Below are positions 52,070-64,000 of a DNA stretch of 64,000 nucleotides, one piece after another. The DNA is from Lama glama. Lineage: Eukaryota. The notes under the pieces were generated by a model that ran no database searches, was not told the DNA's origin, and saw nothing but the letters and a program-made list of their open reading frames with translations. Both the position numbers and the translations under genes were made by a program. The stretch covers positions 49,168,001-49,232,000 of the forward strand of contig CM052817.1 of NCBI GenBank assembly GCA_028534125.1, written 5' to 3'. How positions within the stretch are numbered: the first letter of the stretch is position 1; each line of letters begins with the position of its first letter.

Positions 52070-52870
52070 TGTACATACTGCTTGTCGTAAAATCTTCCCA
52101 TAGCTACTTCTCCCTTAGTGTTTCATGATTTTGCTGGAGTCATTGTCACACTCTGGTTGCTCAAAGTATAAACCGAGCACTTCCTTGTTAGCTACTGGTC
52201 ACCTCTCACTTCTCATCAGTCATAAGGCTCTCCTTCTGGGCCCCCCAGTCACAAACCAATATTATATTCTCCCAGCGGCTCTCATCAGATCTTGCTTTCC
52301 TAATATTTAATTTTTAACACTTACATAGTCTTTTTTCTCTGCAACTCAAATCCTATTTAGTTGCCAAAATGGTTTTATTAAAGGACATAATAATCATTTT
52401 CTGAACCTGAATTAAAAATTTGAATGGACACCTTTTCATGAAGATTAAAACTGAACCCAGAGTATAAGATTCAAAACTCTCCAAAGTGTCCTATTTTAAC
52501 CAATATTTTCCTTTTCTGCCCTGCTCTGTGTTAGCCTCTGCTCCATACACACTGGACTAATAACTGTATACTTAAGTGACCATGACTTATGTATCACTGA
52601 TTTTTTTCTCCTTTTTGTCCATTCACCTTCAGAATCCATCTTTTGTAAACTTTACTTCTGGATTTAGCTGAAATGTCCCCTCCATTCTGAAGCTTTGTCT
52701 GATTTTCTTTACATTGGAGTGACAGCGTCTTCTGAGGCCCTGAAATGCTCTACCTTTGTATGATATTGAGTAAAGTCCCCCTATTATGATGTGACGTGTG
52801 TGTCTTATCCACATACTAACATGTGACCAACCTTATTATAGGACCTACATTTTTGTTTCCCCAAATTACT
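52070..52870 (+). mobile_element. Degenerate L2 fragments
   Basis: L2-like pyrimidine-rich text (CAGCTGAAATGTCCCCTCC-type motifs). Confidence 0.45.
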
Positions 52871-53101
52871 AATCATTAAGTCCAGTATTATTAAACCTAG
52901 TATCATTTACTAGACTCACTTAAATGGGTTCTTCTATCATATTTTAAAATTGTCAATGAAAAATATGTTTTATACTTTAACATATTTAAAACAAACTATA
53001 ATGGTGCAATAAGAAACTAAAATAAAGTTGCAATTATGTCCTCCAAAATACATAAATATTTTATACCTCCTCCTGAACAAATATCGAATATTGTATATTG
53101 G

Positions 53102-53183
53102 GCAAACATCTCCGTGTGTAAGGGTCATTGCCTAACTCTAGAAGTTAATTTTTAACTTGATAGATATCTAAAGTACCACTTTG
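53102..53183 (+). promoter_or_regulatory. Proximal promoter of the UGT2A3-type exon: HNF1 site with FOXA-like and weak HNF4-like motifs
   Basis: GTTAATTTTTAAC 53144-53156 (12/13 to HNF1 GTTAATNATTAAC) inside the palindrome AAGTTAA-TTT-TTAACTT; GCAAACA 53102-53108; ACCACTTTG ~53174-53182. About 90 bp upstream of the ATG. Confidence 0.65.
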
Positions 53184-53241
53184 CTTCTATGCCCAGCACA
53201 TGGTCAACCTCTGCAGAGTAGTGTGTGAGGGGATTGCTGTC

Positions 53242-53965
53242 ATGGTGTCTGAGAAATGGGTTTCAGCAATTCTACTGCTGCAGCTCTGCTCTGCTGGCTG
53301 TGGATTCTGCGGGAAGGTCCTGGTGTGGCCCTGTGACATGAGTCATTGGCTCAATCTAAAGGTTACTCTGGAGGAACTCACGGAAAGAGGCCACGAAGTG
53401 ACTGTGTTGGTGCCGCCACAAAATTTCATCATTGATTTCAAAAAGCCTTCCAAGCTGAACTTCGAGGTGATCCCCATGTCCCAGGACACAGAGACCGCTA
53501 TAAATACACTAAATGCCTTTTTAGACTTAACTGTTAACATCATGCCATCATTGTCAGCCTGGCAGTCAGCCAAAAAACTGCAGGATTTTCTTTTTCAAGT
53601 TACTGGAGATTATAAACTTCTGTGTGAGGGCGTAGTCTACAATCAGTCACTAATGAAGAAGCTCCGGGAAAGCAACTACAACGTTATGATTATCGACCCT
53701 GTGACACCCTGTGGGGAGCTGATTGCTGAGTTGCTAGAGGTCCCTTTTATGTACACGCTAAGGCTCTTCATGGGTAACACGATGGAGAAATACTGTGGGA
53801 AACTCCCTTCTCCACCCTCCTATGTGCCCGTTGCCATGGCAGGACTAACAGACAGAATGACCTTTCCAGAAAGGATAAAAAATGTAATGTTTTCCATTTT
53901 CTTTGACTTCTGGCTCCAGCAACATGACACTCGGTTTTGGGACCAGTTTTACAGTGAAGCACTGG
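53242..53965 (+). CDS. UGT2A3: UGT2A3-type first coding exon (third variable exon 1)
   Basis: GTCATGG Kozak start. MVSEKWVSAILLLQLCSAGCGFCGKVLVWPCDMSHWLNLK...FWDQFYSEALG has the GCGFCGKVLVWPCDMSHW signature of UGT2A3, with no stops or frameshifts. Ends CTG G|GTAAGA (phase-1 donor 53966). Exact orthology needs a tree. Confidence 0.88.
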
Positions 53966-54927
53966 GTAAGAGACTCTACTTTTCACTCTAAAGTACTTAA
54001 CAGGAGCAGCTAAGGAGGTTTAAGAGAAGTCTAGGACAATGAAAGGAACATATTTTTAAAACTTGCACGTCCACATAAAAGTCTACGAGTGATAGCCATG
54101 AACTGTTATTCAGTAACGAATTGGGAAGGGTTGCCATGGTTACTCTTTCTTTACTGTCATCTCTTTTGGAGGGTACTTCAGCGCTTAAGAGATTGTTAGC
54201 AAAACAAAATGAAATATAAAATACACCAATACATGTCAATCCGGGAAGATGTATTTTTTGTTGGATGTAAGATATCACAAAAAAGTCTAGTACGCTGAGT
54301 TTTCATAGTGGAGGATGTTTGATTTCTTACTGGTCGAAAGATGGTGACATATGTTGAAAGACAAAGATAATCCTTTTGCCTGATTCCAGTAATAAACTGA
54401 AACTTGAGCTATATTAACAATGGGACAACAAAGCTGGTATATGATTTAGTCTGAATATTGCTTTACAAATTTTGAGAATCATGGATAATCAGATTCAAAA
54501 TTGATACCATTCTTCTGTTGGACCAGAGTACCTGCTATTCCTATCTTGCTCATAAAGTTGGATGTAAACTGCTTCATCACAGCTGCTCATCCTGAAAAGT
54601 TTCTTAGGATGCTTTATACTTCTTGTGGGAGTATTATACAAAAATCTAAAAAATCGGATAGAAAACTTAAAATCATTTCCAGCTTGAGGTGTTAAAAAAC
54701 AGTTTATTTTTTGCTTCACTAGTTATGTATATTCTATTTTTAGTTGCTTGCTGTTTCTAATAAAGAATGGTTTTGCTTTGCACTTTTCACATATCCAGCT
54801 CTCATCTGATTCCATCAACTGAAGTGGGCTTTTACTCCAACTATTTTTTGAGAATCATGAAGATGAACTAACAAACAAAAGATCATATTGGGTGTTCATT
54901 GGAAATATTAACTCAGTTACCATCCTT

Positions 54928-55240
54928 AATACATTAGTTTGCTAAGGCTGCTACAGTTAACAGACCAGGGGGCATAAACACTAGAAATTAATTTTCTCAT
55001 AGTTCTGGAAGCTGAAAGTCCAAAACCAAGGTGTTGTCAAGGCTAGTTTCCCTGGAAGTTGATCTCTCTGGCTTGTACATTCCTAGTGTCTCTTCCTCTT
55101 CTTGTAAGATCTGTTGTGCTGGATTAGGGCCCACTCTTATGACTTCATTTAACTTTAATTACCTCTTTAAAGGACCTATCTTCAAATCGAGTCAGACTTT
55201 AATAAATTAATATTAGAGGAACATAGGTCAGTCCATAACA
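54928..55240. mobile_element. MLT1 (MaLR) LTR
   Basis: TAGTTTGCTAAGGCTGC...TCTCATAGTTCTGGAAGCTGAAAGTCCAAAACCAAGGTGT...GGATTAGGGCCCACTCTTATGAC...TCAGTCCATAACA. Confidence 0.85.
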
Positions 55241-55699
55241 CTGATTTTCAATATATACATTGTTTCACAGAACTAATGTTCAAAAAATCCACTTTAAAAA
55301 TCTTTAGCTTTACACATGGTTTTAAATTTACACTGCACTGGTTTCACAATACATAATTTAACAACCAGTAAGAACTTCCTGAGTGTAGGCAGTGTCTTAC
55401 TCTATGGATTTTAGGTTAAAAAGACCAGGACCTTGGCCTCAGTTCTACGCTTAGAAATATACTCTGATAATTAGAGACGCTTCCCTAACTCCAATCAATA
55501 ACTTTCTAGGACGTTTGTCATATTATGCATAATTAGAGGAAAGGTAAAAAATTCTGCATGTATACATGTTATGAAACAAATGTAGTCTCAGGATCTATGG
55601 CAAATTTTTAACTCTTATATTTAACAGGTTTTTCTTTTACTGTAAGTACTTTCATTGAGTTTCATTCCTGTACTCTCTCATGTTCTTTAATGGGCAATT

Positions 55700-57960
55700 C
55701 TGAATGCATTATGAGTATAATTTCATTCTTGATGTCATAATAAAAACAACTAATACAAATGGCTAAAAAATTCAAATAGAACAAAAGTATATATAGTGAA
55801 TGATAATTGGCTTCACATTTCTCTTATGTAAGACTATTCATTTTTCTTTTCTTTACATCAAAATATTGTCTATATAATATTAAACATAAGTATATATAGT
55901 TTTTCTTTTTTACCAGTAGTAACAATGACTAAATATTTATCTTTACTTCTTTTTTATCACTTAATGTAGATTTGATATCTTTCCACACAACATTTTAAGA
56001 TCTACATTATTTCTTATATTGATTTAATAATATTCAATTGAATGGATATAACAAATCATTGGACTTTGGTCTAGTGCTGAAAGGTATACTTGGATTGTTC
56101 CAGCTCTGGTATTACAAAAAAAAAGGTTGCCCTAAGTTTATTGTACCTAAATCTCTGCCGCAATGCCTTCTAAACGTTTTGAACCATTTAGCTTTTATCC
56201 TCAGATCTTTTCTTGGGTGACCAGCAGGTATTCCATTTTCTTTTGGGCTGTTTATCCTATTGACCTCCAACTGTCCTGGCATTTTAGGGAATTTAAAGCC
56301 TTTTTTCCCCTATAATATGCATTACAGACATCTTTTTAAGCTCATCAGTTGACTTAGGAATTTTAAACTAATTTATTCCTACATAAAAATATTTTATATA
56401 TATTTTAAAATATTATGCATGTCCTTTCAGATTTTAGAAAATATAACAAAAAGAAGCAAATAAAATGTAAGTATACAGTTGTAAGAAATAATAAAATAAA
56501 CTTCTGTATGCCCTATAACCAAGTTGAGAAATAGACTGTTGCCAGTATCTTAGAAACACCCTTCTTCCAGTAGAGCCCACCGCCCTGACTTTGGTGAACA
56601 TTTTCTTGAAAATTTTATGTCTCCCATTGTATATGATTTCCTCAACACTTTATTGTCTAGTTTTTTAATAGTCTACAAATACAGGCATAGATACGCTACT
56701 TATGCCTGATACTCTATAGGATGCAATCAAGTGTTTTCTTTCTTTATTTCCTTTTTTATTTTCCTAAAGCTCTATAGACAGTGTTCTGTTGTGTGACAGC
56801 ACCATGACATTCTGTGTATGGATGACTAGCTGTTTACAACTTTTTAATGTAATGCTGCTATTATGAACTTTCTTGTATACGTCCTCTGTTGTACAAGACC
56901 AATAGTATCAATAGGATATAAACTATATATATATAATAGTTTGTGTGTGTGTGTATATATGTGTGTACACACACACACACACACATCTGTATATTTCCCC
57001 CTATTGGGTAATTTTAGACTTTTCTCAAAAAATTATATTCCAACCAAAATTATACAAATTTTTACCTTAACCAACAGGGCTTTTTAATCTTCATTGTACC
57101 ACATCCTCACTTAGCATATCATTGAATGACCTTTATTAACAGTTGTATTGAGATGTAATTGGCATACCATAAAATTCACACATTTTAAGTGTACAGTGAT
57201 AGTTAGCATGTTTACAAGTCCAGTGACTATCACCATGCTGTAATTTTACAACACTCCAAAGAAAGGATTTTTTAAGTTTCGTCAGTCTGGCAGATCTGAA
57301 ATTATATCTTAGGTTTTACTTAGATTTCTTTGATTATTACCAAGATTGAGTAACTTTTCATATTTTATGGGCTGTTTCCATTTATTTTTCAGTGAATATC
57401 CTGCTCACGTCTTTTGTCTATTTTTTTCTAATGCGTTTGCTTGTGTTTTCATTACTGATTCAGTAAATTCTGTATATATTCTAGACAAGCCTTTGTCAGT
57501 TTTATGTATTTCAGACATTTTCCTGACAGTTTATGAAGTGCTTCTCTTTCTCTTAAGTATCATATGAAGACTTTCAGGTTTTAAACTTAATAGAGTCAAA
57601 TTAATTAGCTATTCCTTTCTTTATGCATTTGAGGAAATCCTTTCTTACTATGAAAGCATAAAGATTTCCTTTCACATTGTCTTCCAAGAGGCTATGTTTT
57701 AGTTTTTCCTTTGAAGGTTTTAATCTACTAAATATTTTATTTTTGTGTATTTTGTAGTTTAGGCTCAGTTTCTTTTCTGTTTAACTGTTCACCCTTCTTC
57801 CTTCTTCCCTGCCTTGTCTCTACCTCTCTCCTCTTTCTTCCTACTCTTGCCCAGGGATAACGAGTTGTGTCACTACTATTTATTCAAGGCTTCTTTTCCC
57901 TGCTTATCGGCAATACTTACTCGGTCGTTCAGAAATTTCATTACTTAAGGTTCTGCTTCT
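55700..57960 (-). mobile_element. Nested old L1M/L1ME fragments
   Basis: Degenerate antisense L1 motifs (CCACATCCTCAC, TATATATTCTAGACAA, GAGGAAATCCTT). Confidence 0.6.
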
Positions 57961-58002
57961 ATTCATTAGTTTACTTGCTTTCTTCTTTATTTGCTCTATT
58001 TT

Positions 58003-59215
58003 TAGCTTTATTAAGATGTAATTGACATATAACTTTGCATAAGTTTTAAGTGTACAGCATGATGACTTAAAACACATGTATACATAGCAAAATGTTTACT
58101 ACAATAATGTTAGCACATCCATCACCTCACATGCTTACTTTTTTTGTGGTGAGAACATTTAGTATTTACTCTTAGCAACCTTCAAGTATATAATACAGTA
58201 TTGTCAATCAGAGTCACCATGTTGAATATTAGATACCCATAACTTACTCATCTAACGACGTAGTTATCTACAGTTTGTACCTCTGACCAACATCAGCCTA
58301 ATTTCCCCACCCTCCAGGCCCTGGCAACCACCAATCCACTGTTTCTATGAGTTTGGCTTTTTTTAATATTCTACATTTAAGTGAGCTCATACAGTATCTG
58401 TTTTTCTCTGTCTGGCTTATTTCACATAGCATAAGGTTCATTCATTTTGTCACAAATGGCAAGATTTCCTGCTTTCTTATGGCTGAATAATATTCCCTTG
58501 TATGTGTATACCACATCTTCTTCACTCATTCATCCAAAATTATGATTCATAATCTGTAGCTGGGAGGGGCTCCCAGTGTAGGACCCTCAGGATCTCTGAC
58601 ACCACAGACAGTAATGTCTCCTGCTGGGACCCTGGGCAGGCAGGTCCGCTAGTGGACTGTAACTGTGTTGAGGTTGGAACTAAGTAGGGAGCCCATCAGG
58701 GTCTCTGGGGACACAGCCTGGAGTGTCTTCTGCTGGGTCCACATGTTAGCAGGATTGTTCACCCACTGTGGTTGGGAGGAGCTGGAGCCAAGTTTGGCAA
58801 GCTTGCCTCTGGGGGCTCCCACAGGGGCTAGGGTAAGTTCATGGGCCACTTCAGGGTCCACAGCTGGAACTGAGGTCTGCATGCTTATTACTCGACATGC
58901 AGGCAGCATGACTCCTGCTGGGTTCCTTGGCTTGTGGTGTTGGTGGCAGAACCAAAGAGAAATGAGCTGTAGCTGAGTTCTCAGGGTACAGAAGTTTTTC
59001 CCAAGTCTGCAGCCAGAAACACACTCTGCAAGTCACTCATCTGGTTGCAAGCCTGCCTTCTCAAAAGGTCTTTCCTCTGTCTTGGACTGCACCCAGATTT
59101 CACAGTCTCCTACCTGCAGCCCAAGGCTTGCACAAACGCACATTGTCCATGGACAAATACTGAACTGTTGTTGAGGTAGGGATACATCAGGGGCAGGTTT
59201 TTTGACTATCTTGCA
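58003..59215 (-). mobile_element. L1 with 5'UTR joined directly to ORF2 end/3'UTR
   Basis: The - strand starts GCAAGATAGTC (CAAGATGGC-like), runs GC-rich 5'UTR to ~58553, then GGATGAATGAGTGAAGAAGATGTGG and 3'UTR to the T-tract at ~58000. Confidence 0.65.
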
Positions 59216-59719
59216 AAAAACTGGTTCTTAGTATCTGGAAGGATAATATCCTCTCCCCTTGTATCTCTTTTAGTGTACCTTGATTATTCTTAGCTCTTTG
59301 CTCTTCTGTGTAGATTTTAAAATTAAATTTAAAATTCTATAAAAATTGTTGTTTCATGAAACTTGGGATTTTGATATTTTAAAAGGAATTATAAAGAGTC
59401 TGTGGATTTATCTGGAGAGAATGGGCACCTTTATAAATTTTGATTTTCCTGTCAATGAACATGATAGCTCGGTTTTTCTGTAATGAGCTTCAGTAAGACT
59501 TTATCATTCTAATCATAAGTAGTTTACACAAGCCTGACAGTTATTCAAAAATTGTAAGCCAAAGTATACTTTTAATTATATTTTCTTTTATTCATGCACA
59601 GAAATTGTGGTTGCTGTTTCATATTCTTTTGTATCCATCATAATGATCAAACTCTCACATTCATTCTACTGATATATCTGTATATTCTTTGGAAATATAC
59701 AGAGAGTCTCAGCTTATCT

Positions 59720-62265
59720 GAACAGATACTCAAAAGCAGAGATTCTAGTGGAAATAATCTCAGGAACCAGTGTCTGAGTAGGAACATCTGAACTGTAATT
59801 GATGAATTACTGGAGGTTCAGTGTGGACAAATCTGAAGTTAGAAAAATCCAGTGGGACCCAGTCACAGCGGGGTCCCCACAGTATTGTAAGATTTACTTC
59901 CAGGAGCTCAAACAATTTTTGTGCAATAAATATCAAAGAAAAATCCTTTGCTTTCAGTTAGAGGAGGGGGAAAGGAATCATTTTTAAATAAGCCAGAGTA
60001 TTCTGTTCTTCTTAGCAAGGTGTGCTGTCAGGGGAAACCAGTTAATCAGAGCATAATGTGCTGGGGTATTATCAGAGCCTAACTGATCTGGAGAAAGAAA
60101 AATACAACTCCAGGCCCCCCAGATTACCACATGGGGAAAGGAATATACCCATCTCCAGACCCTCTTTCCCCATGTAAAATGGGGGGAAAAATTAGAAATA
60201 GTTGTGAAGTTCACAGTCTAGAGGCACAGACTCAGTAAAACACTGAGATCAATCTTAGGACTAGAGAGTGCCTCCCCCTCAACAACTAATCCCCACATTA
60301 AAAGGCCTATTTACAATAATTTTTAAGCAATACGTCATGTCTGGCTATCAAGAAAAAATTACAAGACATACCAAAAGACAAAAATATATTTTGAATAGAC
60401 AGAACAATCATCAGAGCCAGAGTCAGCAAGAATATTGTAATTACCAAGACAAGGATTTAAGACAATTCTGAATAATATACTAAAGGCTCTAATCGATAAA
60501 GTAGACATCATGTAAGAAAAGATGGACTGTGGAAGCAGAGATATGCAAATCCTAAGAAAAACCAAAAAAGAAGAAGAGATTAAAAAAAAATCTGTAACAG
60601 AAATGAATTCAAAGATGAAATTATACTAATACTTTATAGCTATTTTTAGAGGATAGAAGCAGAGGGAATAATTTCTAACTCATTCCATGAGGATAACAGT
60701 ACCCAAAGGCCAAAACCAGACAAAGACACTGCCAGGGAAGAAAGCTATAGATAAATATTCCTCAAAAACATAGATGTACAAGTTCTCAATGAAATGTTCG
60801 AAAATTGAATCCAACAATATACAGAAAGTATTCTGTTCTGTGAAAGACTGTCAAGAGAATGAAACGACAAGACACACCTGGGAGACAATATTTACAAAAG
60901 ATATATCTGATAGACAACTGTCATCCAAAATGTTTTTAAAAACACTAAAACTCAAAGAGAAGAAATCATGAAACTCATTAGAAAGTGGACCAAAGACATT
61001 AACAGATATGGCACAAAGAAGATACATAGTCGGCAAATCAGCAAATAAGCATGTAAAAAGATGCTCCAAGTGATCTGTCATGAGGAAAATGCGAATTAAA
61101 ACATGTGGAATCTAAACAAAAAGGACACAATGAACTTATCTACAAAACAGAAACAGACTTGCAGACTTACTGAACAATATTATGGTCACTGGGGAAAGGG
61201 TGTGGGAGGGGATAAACTTGGTTTTGAGACTTACAAATCTTGGCCACTATATATAAAAGATTTTAAAAGTTTCATATAGCACAGGGAACTATGTTCAATA
61301 TCTTGTAATAACCTTTAATGGAAAAAATATGAAAACAAATGTATGTATATATACATATGACTGGGACATTGTGCTGTACACCAGAGACTGACATATTGTA
61401 ATTCACTATACTTCAATTAAAAAGAAACATGCAATGAGACACCAGTACATATCTATTAGAATGGCCAAAATGCAGACCACTGGCAACATCAAACGGTGGC
61501 AAGTTGTGGAACAGGAACTCTCCTTATTAATAGTGGGACAGCCACTTTGGGAGACACTTTGTGGTTTCTTGTAAAAGCAAGCATAAACTTACCACAGTAT
61601 CACACTTCTTGAAATTTACCCAAAGAAGCTGAAAAACTTATGTTCACACAGAAACTCGTACACAGATGTTATAGATGCTTTATTCATAATTACCACTACT
61701 TGGAAGCAACCAAGATGCCCTTCAGTAGGTGAATGGATAAACTGTGGTAGATCCAGATGATAGAATATTATTCAGCACACACCAAAAAAGTTATCAAGCT
61801 ATGAAAAGACATGGAACCATGGAGGAAACTTAAATGCATATTACTAAGTGAAAGAATCCAATTTGAAAAGGTATGATTCAAATTATATGACATTCTGGAA
61901 AAGGCAAAACTACAGAGACAAAAAAAAATCTATGGTTGCCAGGGGTGAGATAGGAGTGGGGGATTAACAGGCAGAGCACGGAAGAATTCTCGGGCAGTGA
62001 AACTACTCTATCATGATGGATACATATCTTTATTATTTGTCCAAACCCACAGAATTTACATCAGGAGCTAATTATAACGTAAACTATGGACTTTGGGTGA
62101 TTATAATGTCTCAAGGTATGTTCATCAGTTGTAACAAACATACCGCTCTGTTCAGGGGTGTTGATAATGGTGGAGTCTATGCATGCGTGAAGACAAGGGT
62201 ATATGAGAAGTATCTCCACTTGCTCCTCAATTTTGTTGTGATCCAAAAATTGCTCTAAAAAAGTA
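59720..62265 (+). mobile_element. L1MC-type element (5' region, ORF1/ORF2 pieces, 3'UTR)
   Basis: AAAGTAGACATCATGTAAGAA, CTCATTCCATGAGG, CCCTTCAGTAGGTGAATGGATAAAC, GTAAACTATGGACTTTGGGTGATTATAATGT. Confidence 0.75.
61104..61425 (+). mobile_element. Short cetartiodactyl-type L1 3' end nested in the L1MC
   Basis: TGTGGAATCTAA...TAGCACAGGGAACTATGTTCAATATC...CTATACTTCAATTAAAAA; short direct repeat AAACATG on both sides. Confidence 0.8.
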
Positions 62266-63974
62266 AAGTGTTGATTTTTAAAAAGTGATACAGAAATTAT
62301 TTTTCTCACATGCCTTTAAAAGAAATGAAAAATCTAGGGAGCCTAGAAAAGTTATCTACAGATTGATATCTAAAGCCAGCATGACTTACTACTGGGAGAT
62401 TGGTAACTGTCCTCCACTGAAATTCGCTCTCACCTACATTAAAGCATTTTGCCATAAATTCAGGCTACCTCTAAGAATTCTTCGAAATTAAAAGGTATCT
62501 CTGTAGACTCATCATGTAGGATTGGAATAATAGATTCAAGCAATAAGAATATTTACATGGCAAATCAAATTTAATAGTCATTTATCCATTTTATGTTATT
62601 TATATAATCTCCGCTGTGTTCATAGTTCATTTTGTGTAATGATATAACTATAGGAAAAAGATTGGTGGTAAATTTTAATTCCCTATTTTCTGTTTTATAA
62701 GTCTTCAGTATAACATTTGAAATGTCTTACAAAATTATTTAACAACTTGTATAGTTTTGCTCAATTTCATTCTCTTCACATTTAATTGGCTTTCTACTTG
62801 ATACTGTGGATAACTTGATACATTCACATAATTTTAGTGAATACTTTAAGTCTTTCTTAAAATGTGGTCTACAGTTTATGCAAAATAATTCCACCTAAGG
62901 AGTCAGTAATCAAGGCAGGAGGATGTCATATACATGGAGCAAGACATCCAAAGAACACAGACATATTGGTAGGGAAACTGTGAGTTAGTGTTCTCATCCA
63001 ATCTCTGGCAATTTCAAGTGAGTATCCTTGGATAATGTTTCTTTATTATCACACTAAAGCATTGACTCCATAACCTCAGACTAATAGGTTCAAACACTAC
63101 AAAGTAGTAATGATTCTTAAAAAAAGGCTATCGAATCTGGGATATATGTGATCATCAATTTGAATATAATCCTTAAAAGGAGAAATCTCATCTGCATTTC
63201 TCTTTACTTAGTTGCAAAACATGTTTTCTGTGCATAAAAATGACTGACTTGGTCATTTGCAAGTAATACTTCTTCTCCACAGTCTCCTAAAATGAATACT
63301 TAGAGTCCGTCCCTTTCAAAAAACATCTTTTAAAGGTAACACTAAAATAAGTGTGTGATATTGATAATGCATACGTGTATACTTCAAATTCCAAAGGGGG
63401 CTGTATTGGGTATAAAGTATTCAGGGAATTCCTGCTGAGAAAATAATGGCAAATCAATTGAATTGAAGGGATCTGACTCAGGAAGATAAGGTAAACTGAT
63501 ACTGGTGAGATTCAGAATGTATAATAAACTAGAAGGGAGAAATATAGTCCTGACTGGAAAAAAGAAAAATATTGAGAGTTGATTTGGTATTCATATGACG
63601 GGGCTAATCTGTCATGTGCCATTTAATTGGAAAGAAACAATTGATATTAAACTCATCAGTACTTGGAGTTGTGGTTAAATTTTTCATTAAATTCATTTTG
63701 TACCACTATTTTTATTAGATTTTATTGAATTTATTTTTATTTTACACATTACTGTTCTTTTACTACCCATTCTCTCTCTTCCTTCCTTTCTTCCTTCTTC
63801 CTTCCTTATTTAAACTCCCCTTTCTTTTAACATCTAGGTGTGATAAGTCATCTACAGAACCTAGATTTATTTTTTTCCTTAATAGCACATCGGAAAAATC
63901 ACTGGTATAATTTTTCCACAACAAACATATATATACACTAATAACCCCCAGCCAACTTTCTTCATTTTCTCCAG

Positions 63975-64000
63975 GAAGACCCACTACATTGTGTGAGACT
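63975..64000 (+). CDS. UGT2A1: Start of UGT2A exon 2 (first common exon; truncated by window end)
   Basis: Branch-like CTAAT 63938-63942 and pyrimidine tract CTTTCTTCATTTTCTCCAG, then GA AGA CCC ACT ACA TTG TGT GAG ACT = (G)RPTTLCET, the canonical UGT2 exon-2 start. Phase 1, matching all three donors. Confidence 0.93.

Noticed and set aside
53200..53241. 14-codon N-terminal extension of the third exon given by the ORF track
   Set aside because: Weak Kozak context (C at -3) and probably at or before the TSS; ATG 53242 has strong context and matches known UGT2A3 starts.
1..64000. Prokaryotic systems (CRISPR arrays, operons, IS elements) and functional tRNA/rRNA genes
   Set aside because: Clearly mammalian DNA; no regularly spaced repeats, and the only rRNA-like sequence is a 67-nt decayed fragment.

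Overview
AT-rich, repeat-dense mammalian genomic DNA covering the 5' half of a UGT2A (UDP-glucuronosyltransferase 2A) complex locus on the + strand. The L1 3' ends look cetartiodactyl and I saw no ruminant, pig or whale SINEs, so it is probably a camelid (inference). Three intact first coding exons lie in tandem: UGT2A1-type (29981-30698), UGT2A2-type (40448-41177) and UGT2A3-type (53242-53965). Each encodes a signal peptide plus aglycone-binding domain and ends in a phase-1 GT donor. The only exon 2 I could find starts at 63975 with a phase-1 acceptor (G/GA-RPTTLCET). The locus therefore looks like a three-way, UGT1A-style variable-first-exon cassette, whereas human and mouse UGT2A3 is a stand-alone gene. 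A candidate non-coding UGT2A1 leader exon and promoter lie at ~25.6-25.8 kb, and an HNF1/FOXA-type promoter precedes the third exon. The rest is interspersed repeats, several with informative structure: a young ERV2-like LTR with a perfect 6-bp TSD spanning an assembly gap, a tailless 28S rRNA retrocopy with an 18-bp TSD, three twin-primed (5'-inverted) L1s, a ~1 kb segment between 125-bp inverted duplications, a hairpin-associated micro-inversion, and a probable ancient env-bearing class III ERV remnant. Repeat family names come from recalled consensus sequences, and repeat boundaries are approximate unless a TSD is given.
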